A stretch of DNA of 64,000 nt from the human T2T-CHM13v2.0 reference genome, Homo sapiens, in assembly GCF_009914755.1 (NCBI RefSeq), contig NC_060938.1; one strand, written 5' to 3'. The translations under genes were made by a program, and so were the position numbers. This document shows, in pieces, positions 1-13,699 of this stretch; position 1 is the first letter of the stretch; every line of letters starts with the position of its first letter. The notes beneath the pieces are model-generated. The model ran no database searches. It had not been told where the DNA came from and saw nothing but the letters and a program-made list of their open reading frames with translations.

Positions 1-213
1 ACTGACTGAATATCTTCCAACTTCCATAGAGGATTTTGCTCATATGTTAATAATCCTGCAATCAGGGGTTTTCCAATGGGTCAGTCAATGCTGAAGTCTG
101 TTTCAGTCTTCCACTTTAATCAACCAAGAGGAGGCATGACTAGGATCAGAGGTCATTTAGGAAGACTGGTTTTACTGGCCCAATTTATTCATCATCTAAT
201 GAAACCACAGGGG

Positions 214-240
214 AAAACAAAACAAAACAAAACAAAAACA
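214..240 (+). repeat. (AAAAC)n microsatellite
   Basis: aaaacaaaacaaaacaaaacaaaaaca seen directly. Confidence 0.9.
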
Positions 241-404
241 GGGTTATCTTTTCTCACAGAACAACACATTAAAATAATTAAAGGGAATTCAAATGTTATC
301 AGCATCTACATAGCAGGAAGTAGAAATGAACTTACATTTATTGAGAATAGACTAATGTGCCAAGCTCAATGTCAGCAGTATGAGCATTAATGACAACAGC
401 AAGT

Positions 405-525
405 TATACCTGTTTGAGCAACTGCTATGTGCCAGAAACAATATTAAGCCCTCATACGTGGTTTCTCAATACTCTCAACAATCCTAATGAGGTAGATTCT
501 GCTATCATTCCAGTTTTATCCAGAG
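405..525 (-). mobile_element. MIR SINE fragment
   Basis: 'tgctatgtgccag...caacaatcctaatgaggtagattctgctatcattccagtttta' resembles the antisense MIR core. Confidence 0.65.
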
Positions 526-2749
526 CAACCAACACCAGCTAGAAAGTGAGCTCTCACCTCCCTGATGGAGAGGCGAAGGTGTCTGCTCAGGTTTTATGAA
601 GAAAATGAATTCTAGGGTATGTCTCAAATATAAGTCTTCTTATTCACACATCTCAGTAATTCAGACCAAAATAAATAAAGAAATGCAGAAATCAATCTCT
701 ACTGGGTTTCAGTAATAAACCTTTACAGCTAGAGAAGCATCATATTTTATTGGATGATTTGGGATGGGCAGTTGAATGATCTACAGGATCTCTGTATGTG
801 ACTTGACAGATTTCATATTTCAGTTCCTCAGGAATGTTCACCTGTAAAACAAGAATAATTATTCAGGCTCTCTATATATTATAATGAAAGATGATAAAGA
901 CTGATGAAATATGGATGCGTAGAATGAAGAATTCAGAATCAATGTACTCCCCATTTCATAGACGTGCTATTAGTAACGATAGAATTGTCCTCAAATAGTT
1001 TCCCTGTTCAGTTGTGCATTTAATTAGGGGTCTTTTTTTTTTCTTCATTTGACCAACATGTACTAGGCATCTACTTAATAATACTGTGAGGAATAAAAAG
1101 AAGAGCAAGTTCGCCTTAAATTGGGAGTATCAAAAATAAACTGTGTAATGAAATATTTTCCTTGAATTTTTTTTCAAAGCTGCCAAAGTTGGAAGTAAAG
1201 GCCTTATTGTATCTACACGAAGCCAAACATCAATGAAAAATGGGAAAGTTCAAGCAGAAATACAGATGTTTGAAAGCATCTGGATGTTTGGTATCTTGTA
1301 GGTTTACCATATGGATCTCCTTATAAAGTTCTTCTGTTTTATTTCAGACTTTCAAAACCAATTTGAAGTTACATTTACATTTTTGTGTTTTATAGACAAG
1401 CCATTTTATGAACATACCTTTGTTACTCATACAATACTAAACCTTCCTACTGGGTAGTCTTGAAGCTACTGTCACAATGTTTATAGACTCTCTGGCTATG
1501 GTTGGTAACCATTTTTAATATATTTAAAATATTCTAAGATGCAGAATTTGGCCATTGGACAAACCAGGTAAATGCTGAATGGGCTTACATATGCACAAAG
1601 CAACTAAGGGTCAGAGAACCAGCTTCCTGGATGGAGAATTCAGAGCAACCAACGTCTTCTTTATTAACTGGGCAAAAGAAGCTGCCAAAGGTGTGACGTA
1701 AAGCTGATATCTCTAATATGTTAGTAAAAAAAAATCATTGTTTGCTATGAACCTAATCCCATGCTTAATAATTCCCTTCTAAGATGACTCCAGGCCAATA
1801 AAGGGAGAGGGAAATGATAAGGGAACTGTGTGAGGCCAGACGGCAGGTGTATTTTAAAGGCCTAACTGTGACCTGTGGGCTTTAAAGGCTGGTGAGAGCC
1901 TTTTGCAACCCGTGTACCCAGCCTGCAGAGGCAGACGTACAGCCACGGTAGTTCCCCTCCATCCCCCGGGGCAATGCAGAACCAGGTGTGGTTGCCTGCT
2001 GCCTCATTTCTTTACAACTGAGGAAATAATCTTTACGACTATAAAACAAAATTGCTCAGCTCACTCTAAGTTTTCTTAGAAAAATCTCATTTTTATCCAT
2101 ATCTGTGGGAAGCTCCAACTTCGACCTAGAACTACCACGCTTTGTCTCACTTTGTTGGTCCCCCTCCCACACCCACCCTCCACCGCACCCCCCTACCCCA
2201 GGGTGGCTTACTTCACTTTAATTATTTTCCATCAATATTTGGAAGAGCTGCTTTTGAAGAAATTCCCCTATTTCTCTACCCCCACCAGCCCCGCCAAACA
2301 TGTTAATCCATTTATGCTTCTAAACCCAAGTATTCATCCCACACATCAAAATATGTGAACCTTAGCAAGATAAAAGCTGTCCAAACCTGATTTTGTTTCT
2401 ACACAGATGGCTATAAACATGACACTGGGATATTAGTCTTGGCTTTTCTTGACAGACCTGAAAATTGGCCATGCAGAACTGTTTAAAATTGGTAGGAAAA
2501 ACTTACCCTGAAGTTTACTGTTGATGAACACAAGCGAAAACATGTAATTAATGGAAATGCATGTCAGAATAAAGAAAAATGTGTTATCCCCTTCATTTCT
2601 GAGTCCCAGCCAAAGGTGTTGAATAAAGCTGATATTTCAGAGGCAAAAAGGGGACTTGTGCTTGTTTTAGAAAAGTAAAAATTTGTATCATACTTCATAT
2701 GGGCAGTAATTAATTTATATCCTGACAAGTCCTTTAATTAAAAATGTTT

Positions 2750-3690
2750 TAATACATTTTTAATTACAAAAGCATCAAATTCACAACAAAAATTTGAACA
2801 CTGTAGACTGACAGAAAATACCACCTCCATTCAAAAAGATATATTGTAAAAAATCTGCTGCATAGTTTCTGAGATCCTTCACAATGGATTTATATTTACA
2901 TGTTTGTTTTATATTTGTGACCGCTTTGTAGCCCTTTTGTAAAATTTAAAATACTATGGGCGTTTTTGTCTTTTTGAAACAGTGTCTCACTCTGTCGCCC
3001 AGGCTGGAGTGCAGTGTCACGATCAGAGCTCACTGCAGCCTTGACCTCCCCTGGCTTAGGTGATCCTCCCTCCCCAGCCTCCCAAGTAGCTGGGACTATA
3101 GGTGTCTGCCACCCTACCTGGATAATTTTTTTGTACTTTTAGTAGAGATGGGATTCCACCATGTTGCCCAGGCTGGTCTCGAATTTCTGGGCTCAAGCCA
3201 TCCACCTGCCTCAGCCTTCCAAAGTGCTAGGATTATAGGAGTGAGCCACCATGCCCAGCCACCTTTTTTCAGTATTAATACATACACTTACAAAGTATTG
3301 TTAATGGGTAGATGGCCTTTCTTTCTATAGGTGTGCCATTTATTTAACCAGGCTTAGATTATTGAACATTTAGGTCCTTTCTAATTTTGTATATTGCAAA
3401 TTGTATTTATCCTGTCAAATATACTCACGGCAAAATTTTTATATATGTACCCATTCTTATACCCTCAGGATAAATTTCCAGAAATGAAGTCAAAAGGACA
3501 ACATATTTTAAGGGATTGTCATACATTTGGACAAATTGTTCTCCAGAAAGATGGTACAAATTGACCTTCTCATAGCATGGTATTAGATCATCCATTTTCT
3601 CATACCCTTAACGGAACTGCATTTTATGTTTAGAAAAAAATTTTTTAATAAATTGAAGGTGAAATGGTATTCTCTTGTTTTATAAGAGAT
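2750..3690 (-). mobile_element. old L1M (L1ME-like) 3' fragment interrupted by an AluJ
   Basis: antisense L1M motifs 'tttatttaaccag...ttgaacatttagg', 'caaattgttctccagaaagatggtacaaatt', 'ggtgaaatggtattctc'; boundaries approximate. Confidence 0.6.
2963..3260 (-). mobile_element. AluJ SINE
   Basis: full dimeric antisense Alu with J-type 'cactgcagccttgacctcc' and 'gggctcaagccatcc'; ends 'gtgagccaccatgcccagcc'. Confidence 0.93.
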
Positions 3691-5278
3691 TTTCATAATG
3701 TCTGCTCTAAATGTGAAAAGGATGATCCCAAAAGGCTTGGTTATGTTTCCTGAAGAGCACGTGCCCAGGAGGCTGATTTGTAGAGAAGCAATGTGGTTTT
3801 TATGTTGCTGTAGAATTTGCACAGGACTTTGCTATGTTCCTGAAGTCCATTCAATGTCAATATTGTTATACCATGTTTATCTTCTTAGGTCTATAATATT
3901 CCATGTTTATGCTTCCAGTTTGGTTTTATGTTAATCCTGGAAATAACAGAGCAACAGTATGCACTATTTAATAGGTTGTTTTACCCTAACCCTTGCTCTC
4001 TGAAATCATTGTTTTTTCCTTTTCATTTCTCTATTTCTGCCTAGTACCTTTCAAATGTTCAAGATCCTACTCAGAAAGAAATGCAAAGTTCATAGCGGAT
4101 ATTAAGATAATAAGTCATGTGACAGAAAAACAAAGCAGGCATTATTTTTTAAAATAATTATAGATATGTATGCTATAACTAATGGAGAAATCCCTGTCTT
4201 AAATCAGAACTTCAAAATAGTTCTATCGAATAAGCACACAAAGAGCATAAAATGTTTGAAGTAAGAAAGGCATTTAAGTAGACTAGTTGATTTTAGTTAA
4301 AAATACATAGATATTTCTTCACCTCACTACTTCCTTTGGACCTAGATATTTAAAGGGTTTTTTTTTTTTTTTTTGGCTACTGGTTTTTTAGTACTAGAAG
4401 ATATGCTGTAGTGAACCCTAGGTAAGTTCTAACCACTACAGAAAGCCCTAGTCTTCTGACACCTTACTTATCACTGTGGGTTGGTGGGAGGAAAGTGAAT
4501 AATTGTTCTGTAGGTCCAGGCTACTATTGAGGGTTGGGGGGTTCTAGGTTCTAACATTGTGTAATTGTAAAAGGCTATTTGCAGTTTTGGTGAAGGACAG
4601 AGAAAGAATAAGTTAAGAGCCATGCCTTGTGTGGCCAGTAGAAGATAATACGTTCGCTCAAATAAACCTGACCTCTTCAGGGTTCCAGTCGCACCTACAG
4701 TGTATCTGGTACTGTACAACAGAGAACTGCAACCTCAGAGTGAGAAGACAGAGAAATCACCTACCATGCCTCACAGTGGGAAAATAAATTGGGGTAACTA
4801 TAAATCAGTCTCTTGGTATATGTAAGTATTCTTGCTTAGTGGTCTTTTAATAAAGGTATATCTTTCAGTAAACGATATATGTAATAATCCCCTAAGAATT
4901 GATCTATGAAGGAAAAAGATGAGCTAATGGCATACCAGTTATTAATACTTGATCTAGTAGATGTTTAGGTACAATGTAAATCTGTAATTCCATAGCAGAG
5001 AAACAAATCTCTTTTTCTTTCCAGTTTGTGTTAGGATTTATTGGAAAGGGGAACAACACCTGGATTTAAGAGAAACTTAAAGATTTTAAAGAGACTATAG
5101 ACATATGTAGTCAGCAAAGAAAGGGGCAGATGTCAATGGCATTTTAAAAACCTAAGTGTAGCAATTTAAGAAAAGTAGTGGATTAAAGTTGGAGAAATTA
5201 CTTCATGCTTGTTCCAGATGACTTTGCCATAGCTGAGAATGGTTAGAAAAATGTGGTAAGTTGGCCTTCTTCAGAGTT

Positions 5279-5768
5279 TAAGGGTTGTTAACCTGGGGTC
5301 CATAGACCAACATGGAGTCTGTAGATAGACTGTAGGGAGCCAATGAATTTGGATGAGGGAAAATCACTTTAATTTCACTAATCTTTAAGTAAAATTTGGC
5401 ATTTCTTTCTATTACTAATGTAGACTATAACCACTGAAATAGCAGCAGTACCTTTGTCACCAATAGAAATCACATGTATTTTCATATTATATTTTTGCTG
5501 TCGTAGACATCTTGGAATATCACTACTTCAAAATGTGTATAGTTATTAGACCAAACACTAGATGTTATTTAATACATAAGCAAAGTACATATATTACTAT
5601 AAGATGTTTGTTCGTTTTGATATTTTGGTAACAGAATTTCAGTATAATTGATTGCCGGTATAATCCTAACATTTTATGCATTTGAAGACATGATTTTAAG
5701 AAACATTGTATGCAGCTGTCACCAGACTGCCAAAAGGGTCCAGAGTAGAACAAAGTTGCTGAATGCTA
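5279..5768 (+). mobile_element. hAT-Charlie non-autonomous element, MER113-like
   Basis: 'gggttgttaacctggggtccatagac...tttgtcaccaatagaaatcaca...caccagactgccaaaagggtcca' matches recalled MER113 consensus. Confidence 0.72.
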
Positions 5769-8700
5769 TTCATAGATGGATGTTTATTTAAAAAAAAAAA
5801 AAAGGGATCAATAGAGATGAGAGAGAGCTACAGGGAAGCACTTTTGCCATTTAAAAATTTCCAGAGTCAGCTTAAAACTCATAGGTTAGAAACTTAAAAG
5901 AAGTCAAGGTGTGGGCAGTTTAATTCCATTCTTTTAATATTTAAATTCCCATTGCTAAAGAATGGCTGGCAGGACAAGGGCTTATACTTAAACTTCTAGC
6001 CAACAGGAGGAAATATTCTGATGAGATAACCTGTCCTTGGAGTACCCACAGAGTTTAGAGCCTCATGAAACATACCCAGATTGAAAGGTAACTCAGATGA
6101 AAAAACTATGGAAATAATTTGACAGCATTTTTTTAGTACCTCCCATGTCATCACAATGGTGTTAGAGCACAGCCCTGACTTCCAGGAGTTTACTGTTTCT
6201 TCAGGAAAAGTTAACACTTACTGAGGACATTTATGACTACCTATTAACATGCACATGTTAACAGTAAATAAGGCGCACCCTGAGGGTGTAGCTAAAGACT
6301 TGGTTACCTTGGGTTGATGTAACTTGAGAACCAGTGTAAATGAATGGGGGAATGTGAAGTGTGGGAAGAAGGAAATGTAAAAAGGTGTTCCAGAAGTTTT
6401 AGAATAAAGTTCTGCAGCATTGAGCTAGGGCAGCAGAAAAGAAAGTTCAATTCTTTTTTTTTTTTCGCTTGGCTAATAATACTGAGGGCAGATTGTTAAA
6501 GCCACTGGATACAGGATGAAATGCAAGAAAGAAACTGTCATAGGAGAGACCCGAATAGAGCCTCTCATCTAGAAAGATAGGTGAAGTGGTGAGAGTCCAT
6601 GTTAGAGTAAGGTGGCCATGGCGAAACTTAAAAGAAACAGGTAAATCTAATAAATATGAAGGTCTGACGAAGGTTAGCAGTGTGAAGTGATGAGTGGAAG
6701 GAGATAAAAAGGACATAAGAACAATATGACTGGAATCTGAGAAATCTAGAGGGACAATGCTATAGACCAGCAGTCGAGAATCTGGGTCCCATATCCTGCC
6801 TTGACCATGGACTTCTCCACCCATAAGGCAGTCAGGTCACATTTTCACGCTTCATTTTTCCTCTCCCAAGTGGGGCAAATATGTAAAACTAAGTAACATC
6901 TCAAGGAGTTTGATCTTTTGGATTGAAATAACCTTATCATCTTTTACAAATTTTCTGATTTCTCAGTAGGCTGAAAACAAAAACCCACCATGTAAGAGAA
7001 AAACAGAAACAAACCAAATCAGAGATACATGACTCTTATATTAATCTTAAGCTATGCAATGCCAACCTATTATCAGAACTAATGTCATTAATGTTCCAAA
7101 GGGTTTACCTCCTCATAATTTCTTTTAGTTTTCCGCTGAGAATCATGCTGGTGCCTAATGTATTTTAGATGCAGCATGAAAGTCTCAAAATGTGGGCTTG
7201 AAAACTCAGGCAAAATTTTCAGTGGGCTACTGAAGGACATTATGTTCAGTAGCTTAAAAATCTGATGGTCTCTTTTAAGCCCCTGGACTTTGATGTTTTA
7301 TGCCTTTTTAGTTTTATTTTCTGATCATATTTTCCTTTATAAATACACAGGGAAGGATCACATCCTGAAATCTGTGATTATCAGAAATATGATAGATTCT
7401 CCTGCTGCCATTTAGAATCGGGTGAGTGGTTATGAGGCACCTAGCAAGGGAACTAGGGAGTTATCTGTTAAGAGACAATCATAAAACACCTGAGAAATAA
7501 GGCCTCAGGTGCTTTATTTTCTCTTCTTTGGGGATGGGAAAATGAGGCATCTTGTTTTCTTCTCTTAAAAATATGTTCTATTTTAATAAAACCAAATAAC
7601 AACAATCTTTACTTTCCAAGCAATCAGATGTTTTATTGACTGTTTCATAGCATAATAATTCACTTTCCAAAAGGATTTTGAGTTCCCCCATCTGAAAAGT
7701 GAATTCTGTACTAATTTTTAGAGATTAATTGATTTACCCAAATTTATTTGCAAAATAAATTTTATAAACAGATACTTTCTTGGTTAAATAAATGTGTATA
7801 TAAAAGATAAAAGAAGAATATAATAACTGAAAGATACTGTTGAATAAAGTCAGCAGAAGTAATGATTTAGGAAATAGTAATATAATTATACATAATAGTA
7901 TAAATTTCTAATTAGTTACATGTAAATGCAATTTTAATAAATTATGTTGCCTTTTAAATACATTTGGAGATGTATCATTTAGTAGAACATAGAAAGAATC
8001 CTTTTAGAAAACTAAGAATTATTTTTTAATGCCAATACATTTTCTAACATTCCCTTTTGTTAATTTAGCAGTTGAAAAATATAATTTTCTTTAAGCAGTA
8101 TTTGCCAGTAAATAAAATAAAGTAGGTGAACAAACACGTATGTTTCGACTTTATTTGGCATTGCTGGGCCATTGGCTTTATTAGGAAGAGGAGACAATGC
8201 TTACCACACCATGTAGTTTGTAAACCTGTACTTAAGTGGATATCATGCAACTCGAGAAATGCTACAGAAGTATTTCCAGTAAGACATTTTGGAGAATATA
8301 GAGTTTGGGGGAGCACTGAGATGCAGTAAAAGACAAGAGGAGTCTGCACAGTGAGAGTTCCGTGATAATCCGAGGACCGGCTCCCCAAACAAGGAGCTTT
8401 TGTCTGTAGCTGAGTGCCTGGTCCTGTTCTCTCCTAGCCTCTTAAATAGTTTCATTCTTCTTTTGCCTTACTTTCCCCATCTGTATTTCCCCTACATATA
8501 GTAATTCATATGGTTTCAATTTGAAAACTATTTTTGTGCCCTTTATTCTTCTCCCAAATAACTTTAGTCTGTTGTCAATTGATCAAGATTGCTATACGTC
8601 CATATTTAGTGTTGTCTCCTATATAATATAAAATAGTTTTATGTCAGTCATTGTGAAGGATAAATTTATTTAATATCATACTTTACCCATGACAAAAAAA

Positions 8701-8771
8701 ACTAGCACTTATGACAGATGTAGAAATTCCTTAAGATGGCAGTCCAGTGTCCTTATTTAAGATGTGATCAT

Positions 8772-8967
8772 AGATGCTGGAACCAACTGTCTAGTGCAAG
8801 CCCTAGTTCTCACATGTAATAACTGGGTGTCTCAGTAGGTTCCCTACTCTATGCTCTTCAGTTGCTTCATCTATAACATGGGAATTATAGTGGAATCTAC
8901 TTCACAGAACTGCTGTGCTGACTTCTGGAGATAATTTATATGACACACTTAGCATAGTACCGGACAC
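8772..8967 (+). mobile_element. MIR SINE
   Basis: 'cttcagttgcttcatctataacatgggaattatagtggaatctacttcacagaactgctgtg...cacttagcatagtacc' MIR core and 3' end. Confidence 0.7.
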
Positions 8968-10000
8968 TTCTCCTCCTCCTCCTCTTCATTGTTGTTATCA
9001 GGCCATCAAAGAAACTCTGGTTTATTGTGAACCTATCACTAAGTATATTCTTCTTAAAGCTCTGATTTCGGTGTATACCTGTAGTATACTATAGTGTATC
9101 TTCTCTCTCAAAAGGATTTTTGAAGAAGCTAATTTTATGACTCATTTGGGTTGGATCACTTTAATCTTGACCAATTAAAAGAGTTCTCCAAATCATAAAT
9201 TATCATATAAAAGTCTAAATCCCACAGCTTCAACAGCTATGTCTGCACCAGTTACGTTAAGGAGCACTACAGAACCTCAAATGAATCCAATATGTAGAAG
9301 AACTCTGCATCTTGGGCACAAATGTTTGATAAACCTGATTCACCACACCATATGATTTCTGTTACCAGGGACATTTTGTTGCTCTACTTAAAGATTATCT
9401 GTCTTAGTCGAGTGTGTTCCCTAAAATGAAAGGTTTTACCCTATCATGTAATTACTGTTGTAAAAATAAAGCCAGATTTGTTTTATGGTTTGGGGAATGC
9501 AAAAATATAAGGCACGTTTTTCTAATTATGAAGCCGCCGTCAAACAGGCCTATAAAGCAGATGCACTTTGCAAATTAGAAGTGGAATCCAAGGTTCCTAT
9601 GGCTCTAAAATGTCTCCTTCTTTTGCCACTGATGTAGCCTGTGGCACTGAAAGCAGGTGTGATATGAACATATTGTCTCCAAGACCAAACTTCCCTCTGT
9701 AATCCTCCCAGATGCAGGGCAGATCCAAATATCCTTCGGCAGTCATATTCTGGGTTGGCACCACCTGCCAGCAAAGAATTTGCAGAAACTCAACTATGGA
9801 TGCTTGATCGATCTTTCAAAGCTCCCGTAGACCCAAGTCCCCCTGACATAAGAACTTAGTCTAATTTCTCAACTTGTCAGATGGTTCATCTTGAGAACTC
9901 TTCCTGCTTTTCTTTTTGCTTCTTAATTCCTTCTGCTGTTAGCAGCTTGTAGGTTTTCTGAAAGCTATGAAAGATTCTTCCTAATTCAGTTTTATCATAA

Positions 10001-10309
<309 letters not shown>

Positions 10310-12227
10310 CATAGATTTTTTATGATTAAGCTCACAAGGTGAATCAGAATAGCTGAGGGAACACTGTCTTGTTTCCTATATTCAGACTGGCTGTCTCAGT
10401 AATGACTGCTGGTAGAATCTTTCTCAAACCTCTAATCTCTTGTAAAGAAATATACTCTACGTTTGTCCTCATCCCCCAAAAATTGTGTACTTAAAAGCAC
10501 ATATATTGAAATATCTTTCAGTTTCTTTTTGAGACTGAATGTCAGGCTTATAACTAAAGGAAACTTTCTCCAGTTCTGTTTTCCTTTATGTAGAAGCAAT
10601 ATAATGACTTTTGTCCATCTTCTATTAAATAGAGTCACTTAGACAAGAACCGTCTCCCTGACCATGAAAAATGGGAGGGAGGGGATTAAATTCTATTTGT
10701 AGTTGAATGCTGCTTATGACAGTGAGGAAGAACAATCAATATAAGAAGCTAGTACAGCCAGAACATGGTAAAAAAGCACCTCCCTTCAGACAGCAACCTT
10801 CAAATACTTTATTCTAACTGCTGATTTCCATGCTGGTCAAGCAGGATGAGGTTCTATTGTTACGTCAGCACACACCTGGGAAAGTTGCCTGAAATTAGTC
10901 AGCGTTGGATGAGTAGCCCTGATTACATTTTGTGTGCTCAGCTCATACCAGTGACCTTGAGTCAAAGCATTGCTTAATAAGAGTTTGTAGTTCCAGATCC
11001 CACATCTCATCGCTCCTTCCACCATCTACTATAAAGTTTTTTATTGTTGTTTTCCTTAATCATACTTGAAAAAAAGATATAAAGTATGTCTTTGATAAAT
11101 TTTAGGACATTGACTTCTTGACCATGGTGTGGATGCTAATTATTAACACCTGATTAGGAAGTACCAGTTCCCAAAAGTGGGAAATACATCTTCCTTTACA
11201 GCTAATTGCAGAAATCAGTGCTTTAATTTTGTTGAGGAAGTTTTGCCATGAAATGTTTTGTTGAGATGCAGATAAAGAATTTGTAGAAGCAAGGAGCACT
11301 TTTCATTAGAGAAGAAGAAATTCTTTGGGATGGAGGTGGTTTGGGAAAGTATCAGCAAGATGAGAAGGCCATAAAGGTGGCAATAAAACCCAAATGTGCT
11401 GAGATTTACAACAGACCCCAAAAGACAACATGAATGTGCTCAAGTTATCCCACCTCAGTTTTTGAGATGTCTCTGGAAAAAATGCAGATTATTTATATAA
11501 GTTCAAAGCCTCATAAGAAAATCATGAGCAGAAAATTCCTCAGTATATTATTTGCTATGTAAAAAAAGGCAGAAAAAGATGGTCACCAAATGAAGTTTTA
11601 GAGTCTTGGACCACAGGAAGTTTTCTAATCCTGGCATTTCACAATAATGAAGACCTCCATCTGTTGGTTTTTAAACACTGAAGTCAGAGCTCTGCATTTT
11701 GTTTTGTCTTCAGTGGCTTTCAGTATTTATACAAATATATATATAATACTTACTGCTAGATATTCTGGACAGTGTCCACATCTGGACACTGAGGATTTTT
11801 GACATGTGAACCACTTGCTTTGAATCTCCTAATTGTCAAGGTGAGTGAGATATATAGATTTGGGGGGTGGTTGGTTGAGGCTTTCAGAGAAGGATAATAA
11901 AGGTGTCAAGACCAAACCCATGTGTTTTGCTCATCTAAGAGAGCCACTTTTATTTTTTGAATACTCAGGAACCAGCTATTAATATTTTGCAGCAATAATG
12001 AGCTTATTATAAGTTTATGTACATGTAATCCCAGTTACATAAGACCTGAAGAGCAAAACCCCCAATCCACATCAATCCCCCATGCGTTGATGTGAGCCAG
12101 ATGGAGAAGGGGTTGTAGCAAAACACCAATGTCTTTGACATTTGCAGCCAGTTTCCCTGGCTTTCTCTGGATCCAGGTGGCTCAGGATGAGCTCACAAAT
12201 ATCATCCTCCATCTATTCATTGCTTTC

Positions 12228-12345
12228 GCTCATTCATTCATATTTATTCCAAAAAGATTTATTAAGCACCTACTATTGTCCAGGCACTGTACTAGCACCA
12301 GAGATACAGTGATGTGCACATTAGGCAGGCCTCTGACTTCATGGT
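12228..12345 (-). mobile_element. L2 LINE 3' end
   Basis: 'cattcattca...atttattaagcacctactattgtccaggcactgtactagcaccagagatacagtgatg' is the antisense L2 3' terminus. Confidence 0.8.
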
Positions 12346-13699
12346 CCAGAGGTTTTTGGTGACCCTACATCCCTGTTAGGAAGGAAAAACTTGGGCAGAA
12401 CTCCTACCCTGAGCAGATCTCTGCCTTCCTACCACACACGTTGTGGAGGGAAGTGCTTGTTAAGAACATGATGACTTCATTTTCTCTACAACTGTTTCTT
12501 AAGTGCAGCCACAGCTTCCTGAGGAGCAAGTTTCCTTCACTTCTCCCTTTGTTTTAATGACAACTTATCAACCCTGGACAGCTGTCCTTGCCTGTATGGG
12601 ACTACAGGTCCAGTTTTACCTTTACTCCCTCACTGCCCACTCTTCTCGACTTTGCTCTGTACTTTTAGGTGACTTAAACTGTCTGCCAATGTCCATCATG
12701 ACTCCTTGTCATGCAAGCCTAGCCTGCACAAGCTCCACACAAACAATTATACTAAACCATCCCCCACTGGTTGGACTAGAGAGTGGAAAAGCCATTTGTC
12801 TTGGGAAGTGCAGAGACCATTTGTCTTGGGAACTACAAGATTCTGGCAGTACGTGGGCGGTAAAAGCTCTGCATCCCCACTACTAAAGCCACTGACTACC
12901 ATCCAACCCCTAAAGTGAGCAAAAGCAAAGCAGAATTCCTAAAAGGTGCCTTCAACCTCAGGTAGTGTTCTAGGCCTTTCAGTGTCTTACCAGCCTAATC
13001 TCAGTTGATTCTCACAACTGAATTCTTATAGAAACCATGTGTAGGAAATTTTCCATCTACCACATTTAATTAGGTATGTCCCCCCAAATTTCACCTTTGT
13101 GTCATCACTGCAGTTTACCTAAGCACAGTCAAATCTCTTGATCTCAGCGTATTATCCTCATTTTCTTCTTGAGGGAAACGTATGTAACATACCCTTTAAC
13201 TTGGAAATATGTGACTGCCAAGAGGAAGAATATCCACAAGGAGAGAAAGAACAATCTGTGGCCCAGTTGCTTAGAGTATATGTGCACATTAAAAGAAACC
13301 ATGTGCATCTTGAGAATCTCTTACTCCCCAGACACCCTTACCTGGTACCTTGTCGCTTGTTTTATCTTCACAACATTGCTGTGATGTAGATGGAGCTGAC
13401 CTTACACTAGTTTTTACACAGAAAAGTGACAGCATGTGGGATGACCGCTGGGAGACCAGAAATATATGCAGTTAAATGACATTAACACACCTTATTCACA
13501 CCCCACCCCCTCCAATTTGATGTGGATTAAATCAGTGGTATGCTCTTGGACTGGGTGGCTCAGACCATGGACCACTAGGAAAATTATCTTCTGTATTTTC
13601 CTCCTTCCAGTGTTTTTTCTTCTCCCTAAAACAAAGGTAGCTGACTTTATCACATGGAAAATCATGTATAGTCATCAATTACACAGGTATTTAAAAGAC

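Noticed and set aside
76-390. 104 aa ORF
   Set aside because: Runs through the (AAAAC)n microsatellite and a MIR-like end; no recognisable domain.
12503-12886. Longest ORF (127 aa)
   Set aside because: GTG start, no recognisable homology; a length expected by chance in 64 kb.
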